From: Moniliella sp. 'wahieum'
Lineage: Eukaryota
Length of the DNA: 64,000 bases
Reading direction: 5' to 3'
Assembly: GCA_003971905.1 (NCBI GenBank)
Contig: RSEE01000101.1
Coordinates: 62,001-126,000, forward strand
The notes under the pieces were generated by a model, which was not told where the DNA came from, did no database searches, and worked only from the letters and a program-made list of their open reading frames with translations. Below, in pieces: positions 43,077 through 55,319 of this stretch (position 1 is its first letter; each line of letters opens with the position of its first letter). Made by a program: the position numbers and the translations under genes.

Positions 43077-44387
43077 GGCGGGCGCGGGTGGGGGTGGGTG
43101 GCGGAGTCTGGGGCGGGAGGGGCGGCGGGGGTTAAATAGACGGGGTGGGATGGGGCGAGGGGGAAGGATGACCGACGGGGCGGGTTGGATCCAACGAGGC
43201 TGCTGGGGAGCCCAGGCGCCAGGCACATCTTGCGTATCGGCGGCCGGCATCCTTGCGCGTGAGCGCCGTGGGCCGCCTCTGGACTCCGGCGCACAGCAGC
43301 CGCACCGCACGGCACACGACACCACACTCGCCTCCTGCCGCGCTGCAGGCACGCAGCCCAGCCGATGCACCTGACGCAGGGCGCCGTACCATGTACCTGC
43401 AGCACCTGCTTGTACCTGCAGCACCGGCCGCACCCCAGCACAGCGCACTGCCGCGCCAGGCGGGGCTCCGGGGCCCACACTGCCCCCGCGCCCCTCCTTC
43501 TTATCTGCGCGGGGGAGGGAGAAGGGCCCGGGGACGCAGCATGCGGTGCGCTGGGACACTGGCGCCGTGGCTGCTGCCTGCGCCACGCGGCAGCGCACAC
43601 ACGTCAAGCGCATGGGCCCTGGCGCTGGGGCGGCAGGTCACGTGCTGCGACACAGGCGCCGTGCGGGCGATCGCCCCCCAGCTGCACCGGCGTCGGGGCA
43701 AGCACGCAGAAACGCCGTTTCCCGTCGATGCGATGAGATCGAGATGAGACTGGATGAAACCGGAGGAGACGGCACTGCGCTGCCCTGGCCGCCGTCTGCG
43801 CCGCGGCTTCCCCCACGGCGCCCCTCTTGCATCTTGGCCTATCGTGCCCTATCTTGCCCTATCTTGCCCTGTCTTGCTCTGTCTTGCCCTATCTGCCCCC
43901 CCCCATCGTGTCTTCCGATCCGTCCTGCATCCCCCCCCCTCCTTCCCCCAGGGCGCGTCCGCTGGGCCACCGGTTATCTACCCATCTACTATCACACACA
44001 CATCACTTCTCCCATCTATCCTCTAACCGCTTAACCCCCACCCAGTCCTCAGTACTCACCATCTTCACGCGCCCCAGCACCACCCACAGCAAAACAGCAC
44101 TTGCCACCCCTGTCGCAGCTCTCACCCCGGCCAAACCGCCGAAGCAGCCAACAGCAGCACCCCCCTACTCTCTGTCCTCCCCCAAAACGCGTCCGTCCCA
44201 TCTACCGCCGTTCTCCTTCCTGGCTAGGCCTGCCGTTCGCTCATTAACGTTTAGCATTCTCCCCTGTCCTATCATCAACATAGTCCCGCCAACCCAACCC
44301 CAGTCTCGTGTCCACCCCCCCCCCATCGATTGGCGCTGCACTCGGCCAGTCCCTCCGTCCGTGCGGCGGTCGGACCAACGAGTACTG

Positions 44388-45365
44388 TTACTTTTTGGCG
44401 GCACGCGCCCGCGTCGTTCGTCCACTTGGCGGAGCTTGCGCCTTCTTGGTTCGAGCGCGCTTGGCCACGGGCTGTTCTGGGTCTTGTTGTGGTGCCTCGG
44501 CTGGCGGCGGTACTTCCGGGTGCTTGGCGTCGTCAACTGCGAGCGGTTGACCCAACCGAACTTGTTGCTCCAACGCGCGGATTTCTTCTACCGAGGAAGC
44601 CTGTTCGATCGCGCGTGCCAAAGCCTGTTTTTCTGCCGCGGTCAGGATGCGGTGGGGAGGCGCGGCGGCAGGAACGCCGCCGGCTGCATGGTCCACTTCG
44701 GGCCTGGCCGCCCGCGTCCCCAGGCCCCGGCGCTGCAGCAATCTGCACGGCCAACGTCGAAGGACGACCGTCGGACGTCTCGAACAATGTGGTGGCCAAA
44801 GCGCGTTCCTAGTCCCCCCCCACCAACCATGCTCGCAGTCAGCTCGGACCGCCAGAAGAAAAAAAATAAAAAGAAACAAGAAAAAGAAAGCAGACTAGCT
44901 GACCACGTACCTTGTCTGTAACCCGTTGGAAATCCAAGACGCGCACTTTGGGACAACGCCAGATGAGGTACGCGCGGTACTGCGGGTGGGCGGCGAGGGG
45001 GTTGTTGAGAAGGGAGAGGTACTCCAAGTAGGGAACTTGGCCAGGGCATGGGTGGTGGCAGCCAACTGGGTGAGGTTGTTGTTGGTAAGAACGAGGGTGG
45101 TGAGGTAGGGCAGTTGATGTGCCAAGGTAGGATCCAGACGGGCGATCTGGTTGTTGGCAACGTAGAGTGTACGCACGCGTTGGCGCCGGGGGAAATTGGT
45201 CAAGGCACGCAAGTCGTTGTCGGTCAAGTTGAGCGTGTCGTCACGTCGGGCGCCGCGCCCCAAGTTCTCGATGGCGGGCGCCTTGAGCCCACGCAGGTCC
45301 AGCTGGCTCTCGCGCAGTGCATCGGGGCCAGCAGGTGCCGCAATCACCTCGGCGGTCAGCTTCAT
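44388..45365 (-). CDS. LEA1: U2 snRNP protein A' (leucine-rich repeat)
   Basis: MKLTAEVI...LDLRGLKAPAIENLG, LNLTDNDLRALTNFP, LSLLNNPL..HPQYRAYLIWRCPKVRVLDFQRV. After an intron at about 44809-44910 comes AIEQASSVEEIRALEQ. Confidence 0.93.
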
Positions 45366-45448
45366 TCTGGGCGGTGAGGATGGGGATGGTGGTGGGGCTG
45401 CGATGGGGGCGGCGTGCGGCCTGGAAATCCAAGCCTGAAGCTTCAGTG

Positions 45449-45623
45449 ACGCGTGACAAGTGACGGGGGGCGGAATGGGGGTCGTTCCGCGCGCTGGTCA
45501 CGCGGTCACGTGCGGGGCGCGTGTGGGGCGAGGCGGCGTGGCAGGCGGCGCGTCAACACGGGGGGTGGAGTCCGCAACCGTTGCCTCAACTCAGACGAGT
45601 GTTAGCCACACTCGGAGACGCGT
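45449..45623. promoter_or_regulatory. Bidirectional promoter with two MCB boxes (ACGCGT) and a GTCACGTG E-box
   Basis: ACGCGT at 45449 and 45618 and GTCACGTG at 45505, in the 361-nt spacer between LEA1 and the PACT gene. Confidence 0.4.
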
Positions 45624-45726
45624 GCCGACGAGCAGCAGAGCAGAGCAGCTTGCTTGCCGACGCTCCCTGCCACCCCACCACCACCACACACCACCACACC
45701 ACCACCACCACACCATCACCACCACG

Positions 45727-48700
45727 ATGGACATGAGCGAATCCGACCTGGGCCTGCCTGCGTTCCCCGCGGGCGGCGCCGCGGGCGTGTCGTTTGTGTC
45801 GGGCGCCACCGACAGCACCCTCTCTCCGGCCCCGCGCCTGCCGTCGCTCACGCCGCCCTCGCCTTTGCTTGCAGGCGCAGCTGCTACCACCACCGCTCCC
45901 CCCCCGCTCGACTCGCACGCACACGTCTTCCTCCAGCCTCCACCTGCCGGCCTTGGCGCCTGCCGATGCGAGTAGCACGAGCTTTGCCAGCGCCACGAGC
46001 ACAGCAACCCGCCCTGCCCCTCTCCCCACCAGTACCGATATCTCGCGCTCCTCACTAGGCCAGGCAAGAGGCGCCGGTGGCGCACGGGTGCAATCGGTGT
46101 GGGCGCTGCAGGATGCAAGTCATGTGTCCCAACCTGCCTCCCTGTCCCTCGCGCGCCCTGGACCCGGTGGCCTCGACGCCGTTTGGCATTCGCACCCGGC
46201 CCAATCGCCCCGTCCACCCGCCGCCTGCGTTGGCCGAGCAAGATGAGAATGCTGGGGCGGAGAGCACGTTGACCGATGGCAAGACCCTGACCCTGACCCA
46301 TGCCAATGTCAACGCCAATCCCAACGTCAATGTCAATACCAATGTCCACCCTACCTCTGCCGCCCTCTCCTTTTCTCGCTCTCGCTCTCGTTCCTCTCAT
46401 CCCCTTCGACCGCTCTTTCCGCGCTCGCCATTGGCCCCGCTGCGCCCGCAAACGGCCACCCTGTCGGGCCTTGGGGACCAGTCATCCATCTCCCTCTCTG
46501 CCGAGACCGACGTCACCTACAGCCGATGGCAACAACAACAACAGCAACAGCACCGTTCCACCAACCTCAAGCCTCGTTCCACGTGGCCGTCACCCGTGGA
46601 GGAAGAATCGACAACCCAACCTACTCGTTCCTCTTCCCCGGCGCTCGACCCCACTCCTCACGCGAGGTCGCGCCCCACTTCCAGTGCTAGCGCTTCCGCT
46701 TCTCACTCCTCTTCCCACCGTAGCCATTCCCACTTTTCCTCCTCCTCTGGCACTGCCCTTCTCTGCCCGACCGGGCACGGACGACCGCCGTTCCTATGCC
46801 TCTTCCACTCGGTCTGCTACGGCGACTCCGACGGTGACGCGTACGGCCACTACCACCGGGTGGTACTGCAACGGCTGGGGTCACGGCTACGGCTACGGAT
46901 CCGCCGCAGCCGCATCCATCTTGCGTTCTTCCAGCTCAACGCCCTCGCACGCCGATGACTCCGGTTCACGGTCGACGCTACGTGCGGGGCCGTACTCTCC
47001 TCGGCCCGCGTGCATCGGAGGGATCAGAGGCGCCGAAGCCGTCCGGAACGAAACGGACGAGGGGGCGGATGCGACGGCCACCCACGCAACGGACGCCACC
47101 GAGGCGAGGGAGGTGAAGACGTTGCAGGCGCTGGTAGCCGACCAACAAGCCGAGCTGGTCACCTTGGATGGCGAACGAACGGCGTTGCTAGCTCAAGTGA
47201 CGGCGATCCGCGCGGAGAAAGCAGCATTGGTGCGATCGTTGGATAAGTTGGCGAGCGAGAAGGAGGCCGGGGACAAGGCGAGGCAAACGGTGGTGGAGGA
47301 AGCGTTGGTGTTGCGGCGTGAAAAGGCCGAGTTGGAAGACTCGTTGGCGGCAGCTAAGGCTGCTGCGGCCGCCGTTGCAGCAACAGCACCAGTACCACAC
47401 AACGGCCTCTGCAGAAGGCGACGGTCCCACCGATCGGTCTGGGACAGTTCCTGTTCCAAGGGAGCCATCACGGCGCATGCCAAGTACTTGGAAGAAGAGG
47501 TGAGACGAGCGCATGGGGAAGTGGAGCAAGGCTTAGCTACTCCAGCGTAGCCGGCTCGACTTGGCCCAAGCCGAGGCGCGAGCAGAGCAAGCTGAAGCTG
47601 AGCATCGGTCGGTTCAAGATCAGCTGACCGAGGCGCAGGTGCGCGTTGGCATACTGGAGCGCGCCGTGTCAGATGCACAGGGTGAAACGCAAGTGGCGCA
47701 TGCTCGTGCGGAGCGGGCGGAAACGAACAAGGAACAACTTGCTTGTCGTTTGCAGCAGGCGGAGCAGGACCAAGCCCAGCCGAGCGCTTGGTGGCCGAAT
47801 GCAACAAACCTTATCGGAACGCGAGCGTGGACGACGACAAGCGCTGGCGGAGCAGAGTGCCGTGTTGGAAGAGGTGATGGGCCGGTCGATGGTGATGGAC
47901 GAGACGACCACGATGGACTTGATCACCCACTGCACACGATCCAAGCCGAAGCCGACTTCCTCACAGCCGAGTTGGACAAGAAGATGGACATTGGATTGGT
48001 GGCAAGCCAAGTGTGCCGAGTTGCAACGGCAACTTGCCCAGCTGAACCAAGCGCTCGATGCGCACCGATGCCTGCCGGCCCAGTTGCGCGACGTGCAGTG
48101 TCGCTGTGGCTCGCACCCGCTCGCCAAGCCCGAGACGTGGGAAGCGTTCGGCGGACCCTACCGGGAAGTACGTGCCGACCCGAATGGTCCGACTCCAACA
48201 CGGATGGAACGACTTGTCCATCTCGCTTGCTTCGGTCGGCAAGAGCATGCGACCCAACGTACGTCCCCTCCCTTCCCTCTTCCTCTCTCCTCTCCCCTTG
48301 GCCACGCTTGCCACCTGAATCATCCCGATCCTAACGTCGTGCCGTCCGTCTGTGCAGGGGACATTGCCTCGGCCCGAGCGCAGGTGCAAGCGTGTCCACT
48401 TCGCTGGAGCAAGCGCGACACGAGTTGGCCGAGCTGGGCCAAGCCCACCGTGCATCCCAGGCGGCCGAAGCGAAACGCGCCACGCGTTGGCCGACAGCGC
48501 GGCCGAGTTGGCTGCGGTCAGCTCGGTGGGTGCAGGCGCAGCGCGAGGCGGAGCACGAGGCCCAGCAGGGATCCCAGCACGAGCGCGAGGCGCTTCAGGC
48601 ACACACCGAGCCGAAAGCTTGGCCCAAGAAAAACGCGCTATCTTGCAGGAACGCGAAGTTCTCTTCCGTCAACAAGAGGAGGCGGCCCAGGTACGCTTGG

Positions 48701-49693
48701 TTCCCCGTTAGCTAGCTAGCTTGCTTGCTTGGTTCGTGCCAACCGGCCCAACTAGGTACTGACTTCCTCTTCTCCCTCCCTTGCCCCCCTTGCAGAATCT
48801 CCGGCAAGTTACAGGTCAGTTGCACGCGGCCGAAGCCGAGGTGGTGGACTACCGCCGCGTGTTGGCCACGGCACAGGACAAGATTGGCGCGCTGACTGCG
48901 TCGTTGGAAATTCAAGGGGGCGAATTGGAGCGTGCCACGTCCGACCGCGCAACGTTGCAGCGCAACCTCGAAAAGTTACGTGGGGACGTACGTTTGGCGC
49001 AAGAGCAAGCGGAACGGTGCCGAGCCGAGATGGTGGCTGCCCAGCAGGCGCAGCTGCGCCGCGTCGTGTCGCCGCCAGAGCAGGCACAGGCCCAGGCCCA
49101 GGAGGAGGAACGGATCCGGCTGCGCCGTGCGCTCGCTTCGGCCGAAACGCAAGTGGCGACGCACGCGGCCCAGTTGGAGCAGCAGCGCACAACGCACCGT
49201 CGGCACATCGAGACGTTGCTGGTCCAGATCCGGTTCCTGAAAGCGACGTTTGTACGCGAAAGCGATTTGCGGGCCGACTTGGCGCACCAGAAAACGTATT
49301 TGGCGCGTCTGGTCGCAGGCTTGGGCGCGACCGAGGCCTACACCACGCGGTTCTTGGCCGACTTGGTACGTTCGCGTCGGACGCCACAGGCGCTTCACCC
49401 ACCGCGCACGGGTATCGCTCGCTTCCGCCACGCTGCGTTGGCGGTGCGTGCGGTGTCGGATGAAGTTGATGCAGACGCGCTGGGCGAGGACGAGCCAGGT
49501 ACGCGAGGCGATGCGCGAGGCACGACGAGCGGCCAAGGTCCCCCCGCAACGTCATGTTAATCAACCCGCAGCCGGTTCGGTTAGGATGCGGTGGCCTTGT
49601 GTACTTAGTAGTAGTAATTCACGTTCAATGGTTGTGCGAAACCCTCAGTCTCGGTGGCTGTCCTGCTTCGGGGGGGGGCGCATCACGGAGTAG
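45727..49693 (+). CDS. Coiled-coil spindle-pole-body protein with C-terminal PACT domain (pericentrin/Pcp1-like)
   Basis: A low-complexity N-terminus and long heptad-rich segments precede the PACT signature LLVQIRFLKATFVRESDLRADLAHQKTYL...ARFRHAALAVRAV(C)RMKLMQTRW. Introns lie near 48259-48357 and 48691-48795. Both ends are approximate. Confidence 0.8.
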
Positions 49694-50090
49694 TGCAGGA
49701 TGGCGGCGGTGGGCGGTGAGAGGACGGTGGAGACGGTGTAAGTAGGGGTGGTGCCTTGGATAACTTGAGTTAAATCGGCACACGTCCGATCCCCGACTAT
49801 AGTGCATTGTACATCATGCATCAACATGAAAGGAAAAGGGGGAAAAGGTGTATGAATTACCGGCGCTTGGCACCTAGCGAGAAAGAAAGAAAGAAAGGTA
49901 CAGCACACTTGCCAACGCCAAGCAAAGGCAAAGGCAAAGTGGAGGGGGAACAGAACGGAAAGAAAATGGAGATGGAAATGGAAAAGAAAAAGGCAAAGGA
50001 AAGCGCCGAAACGACTCTCAGATCTCGCAAGAGAAGGGGGGGGAGTTGGATGTGAATCTTACTTGGTGTGCAAAGGGACTGTTTCTTACT

Positions 50091-53000
50091 TTAGTTTTGT
50101 TCAGGTGCATCTGCAGGTGGCGCGGGTGGGACAGGTTGGATACTTTTGTTGTTTGCGCCGGTGAGGTGGCGCGCATCGTGTGCGGCCTTAGCCTGGGCCA
50201 AGAGAGCATCGTAATCGCCGCTCTTGCGTGCGAGGCGATAAAACGCGCCTTGCTTCCGGAGCAAAGCATACGGTTCACCCACCTCGACGACCTTACCTTT
50301 TTCCAGGACGACACAGAGGTCCCATCAAATAATCGTGTGGAGCCGATGAGCAATAGCCACGACCGTGACATCCGTTTGGGTTGCCACATCATCGAGCCAC
50401 GCCTGCACCGCCGCGTCGGTGGTTGGGTCCAGCGCGGCCGTAGGCTCGTCGAGTAACAGCCACCGTGCCTGCGTCAGCTTGAGCATGCCACGCGCTAGGG
50501 TGAGCAAGTGCCGTTGGCCATAGGATAAGTTGGTACCTTGTGATGCGAGTGGCGTATCGAGTGAGCGAATGGGTCGCGCGCGCACTTCACCACCCTCACC
50601 ACCCTCACCACCCTCACCCGTCTCACTGGCCTCACCTTCCTCACGCGCCTCACTCACCTCGCGCACGGCGTCACCCTCCTCCCCAGCCAGGCCACAGCGG
50701 ACCAAAGCGTTCCAGAGGACCTTATCCTCGTACTGACCGAGCGGGTCGAGGGCGGAACGAACGGTACCCTTGAAGAGGTCAGGACGTTGGGGGACATATG
50801 CGATGCGCTGTCGCAGCGTCTTGAGCGGGACGTGAGAGATGTCAATTCCATCCAGAACGATGACCGTGTTCGGGCGGGACGGAGCGCAGCAGTGCGAGGG
50901 CGAGGGTGGACTTGCCTGATCCAGAGGGACCACAGAGCGCGGTCTTGCTGTGGGGGGAAGGTGAGGGAGATGTCCTGGAGAGCAGGTGGGTCGGTCGGTG
51001 TGTACCGAATAGTGAGGTCGTGCACTGTCAAGCCGCCTTGGGACGAGGGCCAGTGGGCCGGAGGTGGGGCGCCGTCACCGTCGTATGGTTCGGGCGGGAG
51101 ACGAATTAGCTCGTCCATACGTTCGACCGAGGTCATACACACGTCCAGCCCTGTGCCGATTCGGATGCACGCCCTGAGTGAGCTGGCCAGGGTGACGGTC
51201 AAGCTCATTAGGAACCCAGCCAGGGCCGCATCAAAGCTCGGCACGAGGACAAAGGTGGTACCGAGCAGACCGAGCAGGAGGGAAGCCAAGAGCGAGAGGG
51301 AGACTTGGAGCCAACCATTGACCATCCACTGAAAGAGCATCAAACGGGTCCCGCGATCAATTGTACCCAGTGTTTTGCCGTACCACCAGCCCGTTTGGCC
51401 GGCGGCGCGAATGGGGAGTAGGCCGGCGAGCACGTCGGACAGGGTCGTGTAGAGGGGCGAGCGGACGGCGACCTCGAGTCGGCGGAGATCGCGAAATACG
51501 TGCAGGTAAAGCCGGACCAGGACAGAGTAAGCAAGGAGGAGGAAGAAGAGGATGAATGCAAAGCGAGGGAGTTGGTACAAGATGACCAGGATCGGTGCCA
51601 GTGCCTCGAGCGAGAAGAAGAGGGTAAACTCGATTCGGCTACCTAGTTGGCGGTCGACCACTTCGACATCATGCGAAAGCACATTGATGATCCGCCCTAC
51701 GGGCGTCGCAGCAAAAAAACGACGGTGGCGCAGCCAAGACCCCATCCAGTACCCGCTCATACAAGCCTCGTGCAGCATTCAAGGCGGCCTGCACCGTTGC
51801 ACGGAGCGAGATGACGTCGAGCACGATTCGCAGTACGGAAAACACAAGGTACACCGTGAGGTAGTACATGGTCTTCTGACCATCGTCCTTCTCGCCCGTC
51901 GTTGTTGTCATCAAGGTCTTCGGCGGCAAGGTCGTCGCATTGGACGTGGAAGAACCCGGAACGGTTTCGTAACCATACGACTCGGCCCACTTTTTGAGCC
52001 AGGCATTGGCCGCGACCTCGGTCCCGCGTACGGCAAATGTAAGGCTGACCACGGACGTCCAGAGCAAGAGGCGGAAAAGGCGGTGGGGGGACATGCTGAG
52101 AAAGTAAAGTTGGTACGCACGTAACGAGACCATACCCCGGGGGGGGAGAGTGTGTCCTCCTTGCTATCCACGAACTTGGCTTGCTCTGGCTCGTCTTGGG
52201 CAACCGTTGGTCGAGTCGGGTGGGCCTCTTGGTCCTGCTGTCCCAACCACGAGGCCAGGTCATGGTCCAAGACGCCGTCCTGCTTCAACGCCTGTGGTGT
52301 TCCCTGTCCCACCACCTGACCCTGCTTGAGGACCAGGACATAGGCCGCTGCGCGCAAGGCCAAAGACAGATGATTCGTGACCAGGACCACGGTGCGTGAC
52401 TTGGCCAGGGGACCCGTGAGCGCATGGTGGAACACGTGGTGGGCCGTGTGGTTATCGAAAGCAGACAACACATCGTCCAAGAGTAAGACCGAGGCTGAAG
52501 AGTACAGCGCGCGGGCGAGGGCGAGGCGAACTTGTTGGCCACCACTGAGGGTGACCCCGCGTGGCCCGACGGGCGTCTGGTCTCCCTTGGCCAACTGGTC
52601 CAGGTCCCCACGGAGACAACACGCCTGGAGCACGGCCGTGTAGCGTGCCGCGTCCACGTCTGCCCCGATACAATGTTAGCTTGGACCGTGGTGCTCTGGA
52701 GCCAGGGCGTCTGGGCGACATAGGCCACTCCTGATCGCGGTGCATGTACCGAGCCCCCCAGCTGCCTCGTCTCGCCCAAGAGCGACTCGAGCAGCGTGCT
52801 CTTGCCGCTTGCGACGGGGCCGCAGACCAAGGAAAGTTGGCCGGGAGGGAAGCGGGCGTCGAGAGGACCAAGTTGGAAAGAGGTCTGGTCTGCTTGAGGT
52901 GAGGGGTAAACGAGGCTTGGTCCAAGCTGACGTCTCCGTCCTGGAGGAGAAGGTGGTACTTGTCCGTCTCGGGCTCGTTTAAGAACGATTCGATCCGCCG

Positions 53001-55142
53001 GAGAGATACGATGGAGCTGAGGATCGAGGGGATGTCTTCTGCCGTCTCGGTCATGGCGCTAGTCAGGACCGAAATGTAACCCAGCATGGAAAAGGCCACT
53101 TCGGCCGTCATGGGACGGTGTAAGAGGGTAGTATGGAGGATAACGATGACCGACATGGCAAAGATGGGGGAGGCAATGTAGGTAACCATCTGCAAAAGGT
53201 TCATCACCCCCGAACGGAGGATAGCGTCGAGCTCCTTGGTCCGAATCCGGTGGAGGCGCACCTTGAATACCTCTTCCCAGGCAAACACTGGTCAAACCAA
53301 GTAAGTGCGCGTCCCGGCAAAAAAGGCGTTGCGAACCAAGAAAAGGGAGACAGACAGACAGACGTACACTTGATCGTGGTGGCCGAGCGCAAGAGCTCAG
53401 CTTGGGTATCCTGACGTTCATCGGTCCACTCAAGAATCTGCTTATCGAGCCGCATAAGCTTGCCCACCCACGCTTGGACCGGGAGGAGAGGAGAAGAAAT
53501 ACGACTGCCATACCGGCGAACGCGGCCGCGCCAACGAGTCGGACGAGCATGTAGAGGGAACCAATGACCTGCACTGGTCCCAGAGGGAAGGTATCGTACA
53601 ACTCGCCCAACTGTTTTGCCAAGGGCGTGACATCGACCGAAAAGAGGGTCATGACGCGTCCATCGGACGTTGGCGTTGGCGTTGGCGTTGCCATTGCCGT
53701 TGGATCGTCTTCTCTGCGGGAACGGGCGCGGGCACAGCAGCACCCACAGTAGAACGACGCAAAACCTTGCCCATCATCTCGGCAGTCAGGAGTGCGCGTA
53801 CGTTGGCCCAGATCACCCTGCCCAACCAGAAGGCTTGGGCATACAAAATCGAGTAGGCCAAGCTGCCCAGGCCAATGCCCACGGCCCAGACCAAGCCCTC
53901 TTGCCACTTGGGCGCAGGCAGAACCGGGTCATGCTGTGCTTGCGAGCGAAGCGTAAGAAACCGAAGCAGACGCTGCAAGGCCCAGGAAGGTACGATGGAC
54001 GTCAAACCACTGAGGATGGCCAGGACCATCTGGCATGACACCAGACCGGCATTGTGCCGGAGCAAGCGCCACAACAGTCGGCCCTGGGTGGCTTGGGCAT
54101 GGTATGTGCTCACCAGATGCGCTGCTGTCCAAGTTGGGTCCAGGTCGGGCACGGCAGCTTGGACAAAGTGGGTGTTGCGATAGGACCAGAGCACGGGCGT
54201 GACGTAGGCGAACAAGGAGCGGCTGGAAGGATGCGCCGGTTTGGGGTGCCGGGGGTGGTGGGTGTGGGCGTTGGTGTGGGCGTGGGCGTGGGCGAAGCGG
54301 GCGAAGCTGCGGCAGGGGCGGGGGGAAGACGGGGTTTGCAGAGCAGCACTGCAGCGACAAACAGGGCCGTCGCCACTTGGCTCTGTTCCAGGCGGCTCAG
54401 ACCAGGGGCCGAATGGTCGATGGCCCACCAGGCGTGGTAGCCGATGCGAGCGAGGTAGGGGAAGACGATGAGCGAAGCATATGCGTCGCTGGCATCTGTG
54501 CTGACACGGCGTGTGCCCAGCACGAGCGCAACGGAGACCCAGGCGACGGCCCAGGCCAGATGGCTCGCGCTGGTGGGCGACTGGGCGGAGGAGCAGACAA
54601 GGTGCAAGACGGCGACGAGGACAGAGGCGAGGACGATGGACAGGGACAGCGCGGCGTCGCACGTGTAGAGGCTGGGAGCGGGATGGACGGGCCGGACGCG
54701 GCCTGCGCCTGGGCCAGGACGGCATGCTGTTCGTCGAGCAGCTGGTCGGCGGTGCCTCCGGTGTGCATGCGCTCGGCGTGGGCATGGCCGTGGGTGGGGA
54801 GGGCGAGCGGCTGGGGGAGCGGCGGCGGGCGAGGGCGAGGCGAGCCGACACGCACGACCAGAGCGAGCGGCGGCAGCATGGCGTGTGGGGGGGGGGGGGG
54901 CTCATGGATGGATGCTGTGACTCGACAGGATGGGGTGGTGTGGGTGGTCACGTGGGGGCGAGGCGGTGGTGGTACGTACCTGCGGCGAGTGGAGATAGTC
55001 GATAGACCATGCTGAGCGCGGCTGGCGCCACGTGGAGGACGGAGGCCGGGAGGGTGTGGGATGTGCACGTGATGTGCGATGGCCAGAAGACACGCCATCG
55101 CTCGGGCGTGGCGGCAGGCACGGCGCGTGTGTGCGCATGCAT
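50091..55142 (-). CDS. ABCC/MRP-family ABC transporter (Ybt1/Ycf1-like)
   Basis: NBD1: VCGPVASGKSTLL, VAYVAQTPWLQ, GVTLSGGQQVRLALARALYS, LLLDDVLSA.D. TMD2: FFAATPVGRIIN, RDLRRLE..RSPLY. NBD2: IAYVPQRPDLFKGTVRSALDP, NLSYGQRHLLTLAR, LLLDEPTAALD, IAHRLHTII. The start is uncertain. Confidence 0.92.
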
Positions 55143-55319
55143 GGCCAACCGCGCGTGCCAGCAGCGTGTGGTTGTGGTCGGTTGAGTCGGCTGTCGACGT
55201 CGACGCTGGTCGGCTGCGGTCCACCGAGCCATGAGCATCTGCCTGCGTCTGGCCGCCCCCGCTTCCTCTCGCTTCGTCGCCCCGCTCCCTCTCCTCTCTC
55301 CACCACCTCCACCCGCGCC

